Assembly: GCF_009834535.1 (NCBI RefSeq)
Contig: NC_045717.1
Coordinates: forward strand, 16,864,001 to 16,928,000
DNA length: 64,000 nucleotides
Direction of reading: 5' to 3'
Origin: Camelus ferus
Taxonomy: Eukaryota
Every line of letters begins with the position of its first letter. Position 1 is the stretch's first letter. Both the position numbers and the translations under genes were made by a program. Below, one piece after another: positions 16,260 to 28,679 of this stretch. Below the pieces are notes generated by a model. It searched no databases. It had not been told where the DNA came from and worked only from the letters and a program-made list of their open reading frames with translations.

Positions 16260-17541
16260 TTAGACAAATACCATCTCTTCTGGGCCTTTTGGGGTGGGGG
16301 GCGTCTGGATTCTTTCTATTTGCGTATTCTTGGGAGATGGCACGCAGTTTCGATTGTTATCGCTTTATCAAGCAACTACTTGGTGTCTGGGAGAATTCCG
16401 TGTCTTACAAATGAGCAAACAGAAGCTCGGAGAGTAGTTTCTTCAGCTCAGTTAAAATGGTAGCACCCAGGCACCCTCCATGGGCAGGGACCCTAATTAT
16501 CCACAGAGTACTCAGGGGCTTAGCAGTGGAGGCAGTGGAGGAATGGAGGCCGGTAGCACCTTGGCCTGCCCCCTGCAAGCCCTGGTTCGCTGAGCTGCAA
16601 GACGGACAGGTGTTGAATCCAATGAGGCAGCAGATCTCACCAAGTCCAGAAACCCTCTAGACTGTTTTGAAGAAACAACTTTTGGAAAATTTAAATGATC
16701 CCATCAACACTATCCCAATAGTGGCTTGGCATTTACTGAAGCTCTTTGCATAAAGTCGGGGTTACTGATCTCATTTTACAGTGGAAGGAACAGGTTCAGA
16801 GAAGCAACGCCACGAGGCTCCAGTCACACAGGGATCCCTAGGAGTGCTGCTGTCTCACACTAGCACCGGGAAGATCTCCCCAGCCCTGCCCACCCCTCAC
16901 CACACACAATCGGCCCCTCGAGAACATTCCAGAACCCTCCCCCCTTCCCTCAGAGACTTTCCACCTGGGCTGCAGAGCTGCCTCTGGCTCAGTAGGGCTC
17001 TAAGCAAACACTATCCCATGACTTCATTTAATCTGATCCCCACAATGACCCCCTGAGGTAGCACCTCGCACTTTCCCCAGGCTCAGAGAGAAATTACTGC
17101 TCCGAGGTCCCATAGCTGGAAGCAGCATAACCCCGTACTTGAGCTGGGCAGATTCCCTTCGTGTAACGGATTGGAAGCCCCTGGCCCAGCCCACACTGTG
17201 GGTCTTCTGTGTCTGGGAGATAAAAAATGGATTCTTTGCACAGACAGGACCAAACTGCCAAAGCATTGGCATGTTTCAAAGCACCAGAATGTTCCAAAGA
17301 CCCATCTGGTCTACTTGTTCTCCTCTCACATCCCCTTAGTCTCCTCCCATGACAGGGAGCTCACTACCTCTCCAGCAGTTCCATCTGTAATAAAGTCCTC
17401 CCTCAGTCTACAAGGGAGACCTGCCTGGCTGTTCCCCAACTAGCCCTCTGGAGCTAGAGATGCGGGGCTGCTCTCACAGGGCAGCTGGAACATTCAAACA
17501 CTCTGCTCTCTACCTAAGCTGAATGGCCAACTCCCCAGGGT

Positions 17542-20500
17542 TCAGCCACGGGCCTGGATGTCCTGGGGCCGCAGCTCTCGCTCACCCTCAGCCAGGAAGA
17601 CAAGGAGGGCACGGTGCAGCAGATGTACCCCTAAGCGGCGGCGCCGGTGCAGTGGCCAGCCTGCCACCACTCCATAGCAGTGTCCTTGCTTCTGGTTGGT
17701 CAAGGTCTGGATCCCTGAGGAGATTGGGGGTTAGGTCACAAAGGCAGCCTCCAGGAACCCCTGGCAGAAGTATATGCCAGTGAATGCACTGGGTATTGCC
17801 CTCGAGCAGGAGTAAACCAATGGAGCAAAATATGTACATGTGCAGATACACAATTGGTGCTCAATAACTGCTCACTGAACAAATGAACAGCCCTGATGGA
17901 GGAAGGGGTGAGGAAATCAGCAGATCTAGTGCCCTTCATGTGACAACCCCCACCACCAACACACACACAAGCCAGGCACCCACCTAGAGCATCCACAAGA
18001 CATGCCTCTCGAGTGTAAGCCTCCACGGCAACCACATGCTGGAAGCAATGTAGGGAGACAACTCCGCTGACCACTGGCCCAAATGTCCAAGATCTGGCGC
18101 ACCTTGGGACAGGCCTAGGGAGGGGGGCCAAGGCAAGGGGTTAGGAGTCCGCCCCCCAGTTCCCTCCTTCTTCTGCCTGCCTGCAGCTGGGCTGCTGCTG
18201 CCATGACCCTTGTCCTTATCCTCACACCTGTTTTCCTGGCCGCCCACGGTGACTGAGGGCCTCCCAGAGGTGGACATCTGGCCGGGCCCGTGTTCCCTTG
18301 CCCACATAGAAGATGGCATGTACAAAAATCCGAAGGCATTCAGCCAGGGTCAGTGAGAAGGCCCGGGTTGGCAGGTCCTGAGTCTCCCTAGATGAAGCAG
18401 ACGGCTCAGAGAAAAAAAAGTGATGAGAGTCACCCCAGAGACAGTCTCTGAAGTCACAGAGCAAACTGAACCCACATCCAGTGACTCCCGTTACGTAAAA
18501 GGCAGTGGCGGGGGTGGGAACTGTTCCCCCAAGGACACTCAGCAGCTTCAATTGGATCCAACTGTCTTTTTTTCTTTTAATAAATTTTTTTTTAAAAATT
18601 GAATGAAAGATTCTTTAAATTCTACAGTGCTTCACAGTTTTCAAAAGTTTCACACACATGATTTCATATAATCCAAAAATAACTTTTTAAATTCTCCTAT
18701 ATCGCCCCTCCCCCATCCCCTCTCCACACTGGTAATCACTAGTTTGTTTTCTATATCTGTGAGTCTGCTCCTTTTTTGTTTTATTCACTAGTTTGTTGTA
18801 TTTTTAAGATTCCACATATAAGTGATATTGTACAGTNNNNNNNNNNNNNNNNNNNNNNNNNNNNNNNNNNNNNNNNNNNNNNNNNNNNNNNNNNNNNNNN
18901 NNNNNNNNNNNNNNNNNNNNNNNNNNNNNNNNNNNNNNNNNNNNNNNNNNNNNNNNNNNNNNNNNNNNNNTATATAAGACATATGTCACAATTATATATA
19001 TATAATTATATATATATCACACCAATTGCCTTTTGTAAATAAAGAAGCTGATGACCAGAGAAGGCCAGTTTCCTTCTTAAGGACACACAGAATATAAGAA
19101 CCAATCCCAGAATTTCCGGGTCCCACTTCCAGGTGACTTCTGCTCCAAGTACCTGGGGTCCAGGAGCAGATAAGTGAAGCTGGACTTCACAACTCCCTCC
19201 CGCCACCTTCTGGAGGGATCCGGCCGCTTAAACTGCTGGGCAAGAACATCCTCATCTGCCTGGGCATCTGGGATGCGGCCTGTCCGCAGGGCCTCGGCCA
19301 ACTCTGGGCTGTGCCCTGAAAATTCTGGGCCTGGGAGGGGAAACTGGGTCAAGAGAGACAAAGGAAGGGGTGGTTCCCAGAGATGGAGGGAGAAGTAGGT
19401 TGCACTGAGAGCCAGGGGGTCTCCAGGGACTCCTGGAGGTTCCTTGTACTCTGGATGCCCAGAAGGGACTAACCTGGAGCAGCCTGGGCTTCTTCCAGCC
19501 GTCGGAGGTAGTGTGGCCGGCTGAAGGGCGTGATGGGGACAGGGCTCTCACCAAGCGCCCGGAGTGCTTGCAGCAGCTCCAGGTCAGATATGGTGGGGTC
19601 CAGTGGGCATTGGCAAGAGGGGACGGGGTCTCTGCTCCCCATGGAGCTCGCCTCATCCTCTGTCAGCCAGAGGGCAGCCACATCACTGTCAAGGGACTGG
19701 TCATCTTTCTGGAAGTGGAATTCACAGGGTCCAGACGGTGGTTCCCAAGGGGGCCTATTGGCTGGGCTCCTGTCTGGGAAGGACTTAGGGGAGGGGGAAG
19801 CATCTGGCAAGGTCAGAGTCAGGGCTTGCAGGCGGGCATTTAGTTCTGTCTCTCTGCTCTCCATGAGGGCTTGATGCTCCAGCTGTGGGGTACCCGAAGA
19901 TCTTGGCACCCTCTGGGAGGGTTGGACACCAGTCCAGGGGTATGTGTCGGGGCATGGATCCTCAGCTCCAGAGGCCTCAACCGCGGTGACAAAGGAGGCA
20001 ACTGAGCTGCAGTCCCAGCGCCCTAGGGGGGACCCCGAGATGCCATCTGTGTCAGCAATGTTAGGGTGGGCAAGAAGGCTGGGGGGTCCAGGGCTAGCCT
20101 TCAGGTTCATGTCCTTGCTGTCACCTCTGTCCAGTGCTGTGGAGTCCAGCATCACACTGGGAGGTCCAGGGGGGCTGATACCCAGCCCCTTTTCCCAAAG
20201 GCCTGGGCCTGGAGCAGGGGATAAGAGTGAGTGTCAGAGAGGAGGGAGGAGGAAGTAAGAGACAAAGACGGAAGTCAGATCAGACAGAAAGAAGCGGCTG
20301 CAATCACGAGGAGAAGGGAGCGAGTCGGAGGCAGAGAGACTGACTGGAGATCCTGGACATAAAACTCAAACAGGGGGAGAGAGTGGACATCAGAGACAGA
20401 GATTTGCAAAGCTAGATCAGATGCTAAGCATCCCCAGCCGCGCAGGCTCCACTCACCACCAGGCTGGGGCTCTGGGTCCTGGGTGACTGCCCGGGTCCGG

Positions 20501-21688
20501 GTCGGGGTCCTGGTCTGGGTCTCCAGCTCCCGCAGGATACGCACACAGTTCTGATGCCCCTGCTGCTCCGCCAAGTCCAGCGGCCGGAGTCCATCCTGCA
20601 GCGGCTCGGTCAGCAGGGGGCGCCCGAGGCCCTCTCCTCCCTCCCTCCCTCCCTCCCTCCCTCAGGGTTGGCCCTGCTACAGCCAACGCAGGGGACCCCA
20701 CCTGGTCGCGCAGCGCGGGGTCCGCTCCCTGGCTCAGCAGCAGCTCCAGGCCGCGGCGACAGCCCCAGGCAGCAGCCACGTGCAGCGGCGTCAGCGCCTC
20801 GGCCGATCTGGGGCAGAGGCGAAGGAGGGGATCAGTGGAGGAGAGAACTCGATCTCCGCCCCGGGTCCCGGAGCCTTGGCTCTCAGCCCCCTATCTCCGT
20901 TCTCTAGCCTGAGATACCACCCTTGGAATCTAGATCCTGCGCCCTCGGGCCGGAATTCAAACCTCTGCTCTCTGACTCTAGAAACCATCAGATGCGAAAC
21001 TTTGATTCCTCACTTTGGCCCCAGCGAAACCTCATGCCCCACTATAGGTCTAGTACCCTAGCCTCTGCCGCCCTTGAACCCTCAAGATCCCTTCCCAGGT
21101 TCCCCAAGTTCCGCCCCCGGGTCCCCATCCTTGGATCTTGGGACGCCCTCTCCAAGGCTCCCAGGTCTCACCCTCGGACTCGGGAGACACCTCCTCTGCG
21201 CGGCATACCTGCCCCAAGCCTAGACCTCCTCTCACCGTGCGTTGGGGTCTCCGCCACGGCGAAGCAGGGCCTCAAGGCAACTCAGACTCCGCGGGTGCCG
21301 GGCTCTGGCCGCCAGGTGCATGGCCGCCGCGCCATCCTCCAATACCAGGTTGGGGTCGGCACCGCGGCGGAGCAGCTCCTCCACGACCCTACGGTCAAAG
21401 GGTCAGAGTGGACCGCGACACACGCCCCCCACTCCCGCCCCGCCCCCCCGGGCCCCGCCCTCACCGCAACTCCTCCTCCCGCAAGGCCACCCGCAGCCGC
21501 CGAGCCAAGCCAGCCGCAGCGCCCATGCCCCGGGGGCCGCCCAGGCCCGCGGCCAGGCGGGCTGATTTCCAACTTCCCGCGGCGCCCTTGTGCGCACGCG
21601 CCGTCCCGCCCACCGGCTGGGTTCCCCGCGCGGAAGCGCAGTGAAGGGTCTCCAACCAGGCAGACCCACGCCGCATTGTCGTCCACAT
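17542..21688 (-). CDS. ANKLE1: Ankyrin repeat and LEM domain-containing protein 1 (GIY-YIG endonuclease); carries a +1 frameshift in exon 8 as assembled
   Basis: Exons: 21526-21465 (upstream in-frame ATGs at 21688 and 21676), 21388-21236, 20807-20702, 20595-20457, 20208-19474, 19330-19153, 18387-18228, 18114-17984, 17714-17542. Ankyrin repeats, LEM motif SDLELLQALRALGESPVPITPFSRPHYLRRL, GIY-YIG motifs SSFTYLLLDPR and AIFYVGKG. The sum from the 21526 ATG is 1837 nt, one base too many. Confidence 0.95.
18572..18836 (-). mobile_element. L1 3' UTR fragment in ANKLE1 intron 6
   Basis: Poly-T head, 'ctggtaatcactagtttgttttctatatctgtgagtctg...agattccacatataagtgat'. Runs into a gap. Confidence 0.8.
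18837..18970. other. Assembly gap (134 N)
   Basis: Run of N, followed by (TA)n. Confidence 1.
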
Positions 21689-22260
21689 CGAGGTTCGGAA
21701 GCTTTAGCGCTGGCCCGACCCCGCGACACCAAGTGGCGTCCAGACAGGGCTTGGGGCTGCAGATAAGGGCCTGGAAGGGTGGAGGTCGCCGTCTGTGCCA
21801 TTATCTCTCAAAATGGTGTAAACACGAACGCACCCTGCTGGAGGGGGTGGAGCTACGATCCGGGCACTAAGTCTCAGGGCATTAAGTCTCCCGGAATCCT
21901 CTGCTCAGGCGGCCTCCATTAGCACACACATCCCTGATGGTATATAAGTCTTCAGTTAATAGCTCCCGCCTGCAGAAGCTATGCGTCTCCCGTTTTCAGT
22001 CCTGCAGGGTCGGGAGCCCATTACTTAGGAGATCCGGGACTCTTAGGGCTTTAGTTTCCCCATATGCAAAATGGGAGAATAACCCCAGGCGGCTTTGAAG
22101 TTGATCGAGGGGCCTGGCACACAGATGCCCAATAAATGCTCATGGGAAAGAAAAGCTGTTTCCCCATAAAACTATTTTTTTATGGAACTGAGAAAATCTA
22201 GCTGGTAAACTTTTTTCACAATTTCTCATTATCCAGGAAGACAATTGAATAGTGGACCTG

Positions 22261-22716
22261 TTATAAGTGTCTCCTTTCTCCCTTCCTCTGGGGAGCACCC
22301 ACACTATTTCCTAATGGAACTATAAACCTCCCTTCCCAGAGAGGCTTGACAGAGACCTGGCCAATCAGAGCATTCCACAGCTATGGCCCATGACTGGCCC
22401 AAAGCAAGGTTATATGACCCAGGCAAGGCCAGTCATATGGGCGAGCTGGGAGAGCCCTCACATCATCTGGGTTGGGATCTGGGGAGTGGTCACAGCCATC
22501 TCACCCCTTTCCACGGGTTGGGAAGAAAACAGGGCACACTGAATACCAACCATTCAGGGTATTTCACCCTTCCCCAGTGGCAACATCAGTGCACTTGGAT
22601 ACAGCCATGCCTGAAGCTGCCTAAGGCTTCCTATCCACAAGAACCAAGCCATTCTCCTTTCTGCTCAGGGGATGGGTCTTCTGTCACTTGGAACCAAAAA
22701 GATCCCAATTAACACA
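22261..22716 (+). mobile_element. ERVL-type solo LTR (LTR16/LTR33-like)
   Basis: 'ggccaatcagagcattcc...tgacccaggcaaggccagtc...cagccatgcctgaagc...ttctgtcacttggaaccaaaaaga...taacaca'. Subfamily uncertain. Confidence 0.65.
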
Positions 22717-22755
22717 AGTTGATTGTTGTGGACCTGGGTTAGGGAGTCTCCGATT

Positions 22756-22761
22756 TTTATT
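22756..22761 (-). terminator. BABAM1 poly(A) signal
   Basis: AATAAA on the - strand, about 260 nt after the stop codon. Confidence 0.75.
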
Positions 22762-23021
22762 TTGATGACAAAAATCACACAGGTAACAACAAAAATTACA
22801 ACTGAAAAACTGGGAGTGGGATGTGGGCTGGAAAACATGGGGAATGGCTGCCTAGAGTCCTTGGGATGCTTCCCGGAACCCTGGGTTTCTTTCCAGGGTT
22901 CCCCAGGTGCCTGGGGTGCCTCCTGTGACCTACTCTGGGGGTCCTACAGAGCCCAGTTTGAGAACCAGTATTCTAGGCCACAGGTTTCTTTGCACAAGAA
23001 GGTTGGATGTACAGGGATGGT

Positions 23022-26000
23022 TCAGACAGTGGCCTCAACCTCGGTGGCTTCATCGTCCTCCTCCAGCAGGCTGTAGGAGGCATGGCTTTGGCAGGGCCGC
23101 TGCAGTGGATGAGCCAACAGCTTGGCCATACAGTTGTGAAGCTCAAGGGCTGGCCCAGCCAGTGCCACTTCATACTTATAGCTGGTCCCCTTGGTGTCCA
23201 GGCTGCCCATGAAGGCAAACATGTCCTGTGGGGTCAATGAAGGGCTGTTCAGACAGAGGTTCCCCTGACAGGCCCTCCCTGTCCGGAGGGCTTCCCAGGA
23301 GGGGCCTCAGGGATGGGTTCTGAAGGGTAAAGAGGAATTTGCCAGGCAGAAAACATTCCCTTATTCAGCAAACATTTCATGCCACCCACCTAGTGCTAGA
23401 ACCCCAAAAGGTCTCAGTGCTGGAGCCCCTGGTCTGGAGAGGCATGGCTGGATACAATGATCTCCAGCCCCCATGCTGATCTTCCTTGAGGAGCAGGGAA
23501 GGCTTCCCAGAGTAGGGACTTCTAATTTGGGTATTGAAGTATAAATAGGAGCTGGGCTCAACTCCTCTGGCTCACAGCTGGGTAAACTGATGCTCAAAGA
23601 GATAAGTGCCTGACTCCATGTACCACAGTTAGTTCAGGGCTGGGATGTAAAGAACCAGCAGAACCTCACAAGGCAAGAAGGCAGCAGGCACAGAGAAAGT
23701 AATAGCAACAAGAGAGGGAAGCAATGAGGAAGTGGACAGGACCCTACATGCTCCTGGGCCACTGTCCCAACAGCCCCATTAATTCACTGCAGAAATGTGG
23801 GGAATGGTTGCTGAGTGACCATGATCCAGCAGGGCCAGGGCTGCAAAATGGAGATGTGCCCCCCACCCCCTACACTAGGGCAGGTGGATTCTGAGACATC
23901 CCATCTACACCTATACCCTCTTGCCACCCACACTCACAGCAGTCTCTCACCTTCCAGCTCATCTCCTCCTCCTTCTCATCGGTGCCATTGTGGATGTAAA
24001 CAACATCAAAGAAGAAATAAGGGCACTGGAACATTTTCTGCAGGGGGAGGAAAGCCAGCCTTTGGGACTTGGGTCACTCCAGGCCCCCAAGACCACAATC
24101 CCCCGGCTTCTGCCTTAGGCTCTGGGAACTGGTCTCAAGGCACCCCAGCTCCTATGATCAGGAAGTCCCTCCTGGGATCTAACCACCATCCTGCTGGCTG
24201 TAGGCATCCCTCCCTCTCCCAGGCCTTGCTCACCTTCATGGGTTCTGTCAGGGAGAACTGAGGCTGGCAGGGTGGACGGCTATAGACAAGGATGGTGCGG
24301 ACCACGTATGGTGGTGGAATTGTCTGCACATTCTCCGTGACTGGCAGCTCAGTCTTCTGTTGGCTACACAGGGGGAAGGAGGGAGGACGGGTCAGAGCAC
24401 ACTTTGATAGCCCACTCCTCTCATCACCCTTGAAGGCCCCACCTGACCCCTCCCAAGTTCACTGTTGCCTCTGAGCTTTCCCACATGCTGTTCCCTGTGC
24501 CCCAGCACCTCCCTAGCTTGGCCTTTCTGCCTGGCCTCTCCTGCTCCATTAGAGGCTTTGTTGACCCCAAAGCTAGAGCCTGCTCCGGCTATCCTCAGCA
24601 CCCTGAGCATCCCCCATCACTGCGTTGAGTTGGACCTGCCCTACCAGGCCAGGAGACTCTTAGGGAGGGACCACATCTTATTTTTTTTTTATCCCTGCAT
24701 GGGACCACATCTTATATGTTAAGTCAGCACACAGTTCCCCACTCAGCCACAGGTGGATCTCATGTTGAGCAGAGGACACTAGGCAGACAAAGGGCTAATA
24801 CCCTTAATATGTAAAAAGCAAATCTGATCAACAAAAACAAAGCCAACAGCCTCCTAGAAAAATAGGTAAAGGGGACGAATAGACAAATTACTGAAAGAAT
24901 AATGAATGGCTTTAAAATGAGTGAAAAGAAAAGCACAGCAAAGCAAGATGTGGCCTCTTCCCACCTATCAGATGGGCAGAACATTCAGCAGTGTGGTCAA
25001 CCCTGGTGTTGGGGGAGATAAACAGGGTTAATTTCCTGGGAAAGTACTTTGGCAAAGTCTAGCAAAATTAAAAACACACACCACCTTGTTTTTGCATGTC
25101 TTTCATTGGGAATTTATCCCATAGATTCACTTGCAAACTCTGCCGAGATGGTTGTACCAGGATAATCATGGCAAACAAGGCAAAACACACTCCACAACCA
25201 CCATCAGGGGGCTGACAAAAACAGGGCTTGGACTCCTTGGGCCCACAAGCTGAGATTTTTTTTTTTTTTTTTCATTTTTAAACTGTTGGGAAGAAAGAAA
25301 TTCAAAGGGAGACTATTTTGCCACATGTAGAAATGATGTGAAATTCAAATTTGTGTCTGTGAATAAAGTTTTATTGGCTTATAGCCACACCCACTTGCAG
25401 GCATCTGGTCTGTGGTTACTTTTAGATTACAGAGTCTAGTTGCTACAACAGAGACCATGTGGCCAACAAAGCCAAAAATATTTACTGTCTGGCCCTTTAA
25501 AGAAAAAGTTTGCTGCTGCTGCCGCCGGAGAACCACTGGGCCGTTACAGAGTAAAGGAGGGCAAGACTTGAGAAAGAACCTCTTTTGCAAAACTGCTTCC
25601 AGACAGGTAAGTGAGCAGTTGTTCCCAGAAGAAAGGGTGGGAAAGGAAGACTTCAGACCTCCCTAAAGGTCTATTTCTGGGCTGTCTGGAGCTTTTACCC
25701 AGAAGGGGTGGTGAACAATAAGTTCCCCCGGGGGGACTTACATGAGGCTGAAGAGACCTTCCAGATCTGGTGGGAACGCTAAGGAGAAGACCGGTGGCAG
25801 CAATGCGCGGGTGAGCAGGGAGAGGGGGCTTTCCTCCTCCTGATGCCAGGAGAGCGCAGATGCCTGAGCCTATTGCCAGGAGACATGCTGTGTAACCCTG
25901 GCCTGGTTGCTTGCCCTCTCTGAGCCTGTTATTCCCTCAATACAGAACATGAACTAGAGGGCCAGCATCAAATGTCCTGAAGACCCTTAGTGACTGAAAG

Positions 26001-28468
26001 CCCCCTTTCCCACGGGGCTGGAGCCATCCTCCTCTCATGAAAGAGCCATGGGTGTCCCTGTCCCCTTCTTCCCAACACATTGTTTTCTTTGTAACTCACT
26101 GGAATCATATTATATCGAAGTTCTGGACTGCAGTGAGCCTTTAATATTCAGGTTAAAGGGGCAGAAGCAGTGATTGCGACTTTTCAGTCACATATGGCCA
26201 TTTATTGTGCACCGATTGTGTACTTGGCCCTTCCTGAACTATTCCCTGTGTGGATGCACTGTTGATCTCTGGAATCCAAATCAGCAGTTTTTGCTTCTGT
26301 ACTCTGACTTTATCTTCCCAGTGACCCTGTGGGGTAGGGGGTTCAGGCCTCCCATTTTACAGATGAAGAAACTGAGGCTTAGAAGGGTGACTGGCTCAAG
26401 CCTGATGTGGCAGAACTGGGATCGGGACCTGAGCTGGGGGAGCCAGGCCCCCCACCCGCCACCGCTGCTCCTGGAGCCCTCTGCATGGAAGGATACTGAA
26501 GGTGGAGCAGGACGCCGTCTCCAGGTCGTAGAGGCAGCTGCAAAGCTCTCGGGGGTCAGAGGTCAGGCCGGACAGCTGCCAGGAAGCACAAGACTCAGCG
26601 AGGGGTGCCCTTGATCCCCAGGGGACCCCAGGGAACCCAGCCGTGCCCCAGCCTCACCCAGGCGGTGTCATCGTTCACCACCACCAGCGCGAACTCATGG
26701 CTCTTGTCGATCTTGTGTTTTGTCCGCACGAACATCTCGATCATTTTCTGGGAGACGTTGAGGGCATTGGTTTTGGAGCTGGGGGTGGCCAGAGAGTGAG
26801 GGGGTGCTTAAGCCCCAGGTAATGCAGCAGGAGGGTGGCAGAGCCCTGGTGCAAACCCATCCCAGCTGACCCTCTCCTCATGGGTCCCTGGGGCCAGCCT
26901 GGGTCTCACATCTGATCCTTGGGAGAACCCCCACCTTGGTTCAGCCATGGGTCATCAGGAGTGCCAAGGAGGGGAAGGGGGGCTCATCCTCAGCATCTCC
27001 CAGAGCTCCTTAGGCTGCTTCCAGGCCCTGCTGCCTGACCCCAAAGAGACCTTGCTGCTCAGGGCAAGGGCTTTGGGGTCAGCCAGACCTTGGTCTGAGT
27101 TTGGCTCTGCCCACTGGCTGTGAGGCCTGGGCCCAGTCACTTTGTTTCTCAGAGTTTTCATTCATTGCTGTGATACACAGCATGTGACAGCTCTTGGAAC
27201 AGAGCTCCAGTGGGCCACAGTCGTATCATTACCCATTCTCACTGCTACTTGCCGACATCGCCAGGCCCCAGAGCAGGCCATTTAGGGGTGTCTCAGAGAG
27301 AGAGAGCCCTGAGTTTTGGGGGCTGGGCCCCTCCCAGCCATGGCTGCACATTTAAGTACCCAGCGGCCCTCTCACCCATTGAATGACTCCAGCTTTGGCA
27401 GCGACATTTCCTCCGACAGGTCCAGGCAGATGATCTGTCATGAAGTTGGAGTGTGGTGAGGGCTGTGTCCAGCAGCACCTGGAGACTGGACATTAACACT
27501 GGCCCCCACACCATCCTGCTGGCCCTCTCCAGGCAGCCCCATCTAAAAAGGCTGTATGATGACCTCCAATCCCCAACCAAGCCATCCACTTTGGTAGGAG
27601 GTAGCTCAGGGAACAGAGCACTGGACTAGGAGTCCTGGTTGATGAGTGAATAAATAACCCAGAGAACATTTAACACAGAAAGAAGAAAACAGAGTGGGTT
27701 GAACCATGGCCCTCCAAAAGATAGATCTACCAAAAGCATCAGAATGTGAATTTACTTGGAATTAAGATCTTTGCAGATGCAACCAAGGGAAAGATCTTGA
27801 TATAAGATCATGCTGATTTAGTGAGAAGTGTCCTTATAAAAGAAAAGAGGAGACTTGGAGACATAAAGGGGAAGGCTAGGTGCAGAGACAGAGACGGCAG
27901 TGATGCGGCCACAAGCCAAGGAACAACTGGAGTCCCCAGAAGGCTCCTCCCCTGGGGCCTCCAGAGGGAAATGACATCTTGATTTTAGACTTCTGGCCTC
28001 TAGAACTGTGAGAGAATACATTTCTGTTGTTTTAAGTCACTTAATTTGCAGTCATATTTCGTGACAGCCTTAAGAGTCTAACACTAAAGGACTGTTTATA
28101 AGTGAATCCTGAAAGATGAGAATGTTTAACCCAAGGTTCCCTAACGCCTCAAGGCCACAGACCAAGCCATCACTTACCACTTTCTCTGGACAGTTGACCC
28201 TTGGCGTCCGCACTTGGACCTCTGGGGCTGGCGGAGGCACCTGCCATGGCTTGGGGCCAGCTCCTGGAGGGTTGGGGGTCCCGTCCTCAGCACTGGCAGC
28301 TTCACCCTCACCCTCGCTACGGCTGCCCACACTGGCCTGGGCCCCCACCGCCCGGTCCTCAGCCCCCTCAGGGTTGGAGCGGGTGCGGGGCCTGGGCTCC
28401 GTTGACTGTTCCTCTTCCTCCTCTTCCTCCTCCTCCTCTGTGGGACTGCTGGGCTCTGCCACCTCCAT
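23022..28468 (-). CDS. BABAM1: BRISC and BRCA1-A complex member 1 (MERIT40), 331 aa
   Basis: Coding exons 28468-28178, 27434-27376, 26778-26658, 26575-26497, 25766-25742, 24363-24234, 24037-23951, 23225-23022 (996 nt, in frame). Starts MEVAEPSSPT-E10, VWA-like core IICLDLSEEM, ends EATEVEATV*. Confidence 0.98.
24770..25210 (+). mobile_element. Old L1 ORF2/3' fragment in BABAM1 intron 6
   Basis: A-rich 'acaaagggctaatacccttaatatgtaaaaagc...gaatagacaaatt...cccacctatcagatgggca'. Boundaries approximate. Confidence 0.65.
25350..25518 (+). mobile_element. MER58A-like DNA transposon
   Basis: GAATAAAGTTTTATTGG...AATATTTACTGTCTGGCCCTTTAAAGAAAAAGTTTGC. Confidence 0.75.
26300..26435 (+). mobile_element. 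MIR SINE
   Basis: 'cccattttacagatgaagaaactgaggcttagaagggtgactggctcaag'. Confidence 0.7.
27694..28084 (+). mobile_element. MaLR solo LTR (MLT1-type)
   Basis: 'agaatgtgaatttacttgg...gatctttgcagatg...ccacaagccaaggaa...gacttctggcctctagaactgtgagagaatacatttctgttgttttaag'. Confidence 0.8.
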
Positions 28469-28679
28469 GGCTCCTGGGTGGCAGGATGGAGCAGGAACGG
28501 AGGAAGCCAGGATCTTTTCCTTAGGGGTTTTAAAAGCATTTGGTTATTGGGCAGAACAGGCATGAGCCTCTTACTGACTGTAAGAGTTGCTCCTCTCAGG
28601 AACTCAGTTTCTTCATCTGTAGAATAGGTGCCTTTTACACTTATCAGCCCAGCATCCACTCTGACTTAAGGTAACAGTC

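Noticed and set aside
20923-21870. 315-aa + strand ORF opposite ANKLE1 exons 1-2
   Set aside because: Low-complexity Pro/Arg/Ala product of a CpG island where stops are rare; antisense shadow with no recognisable domain.
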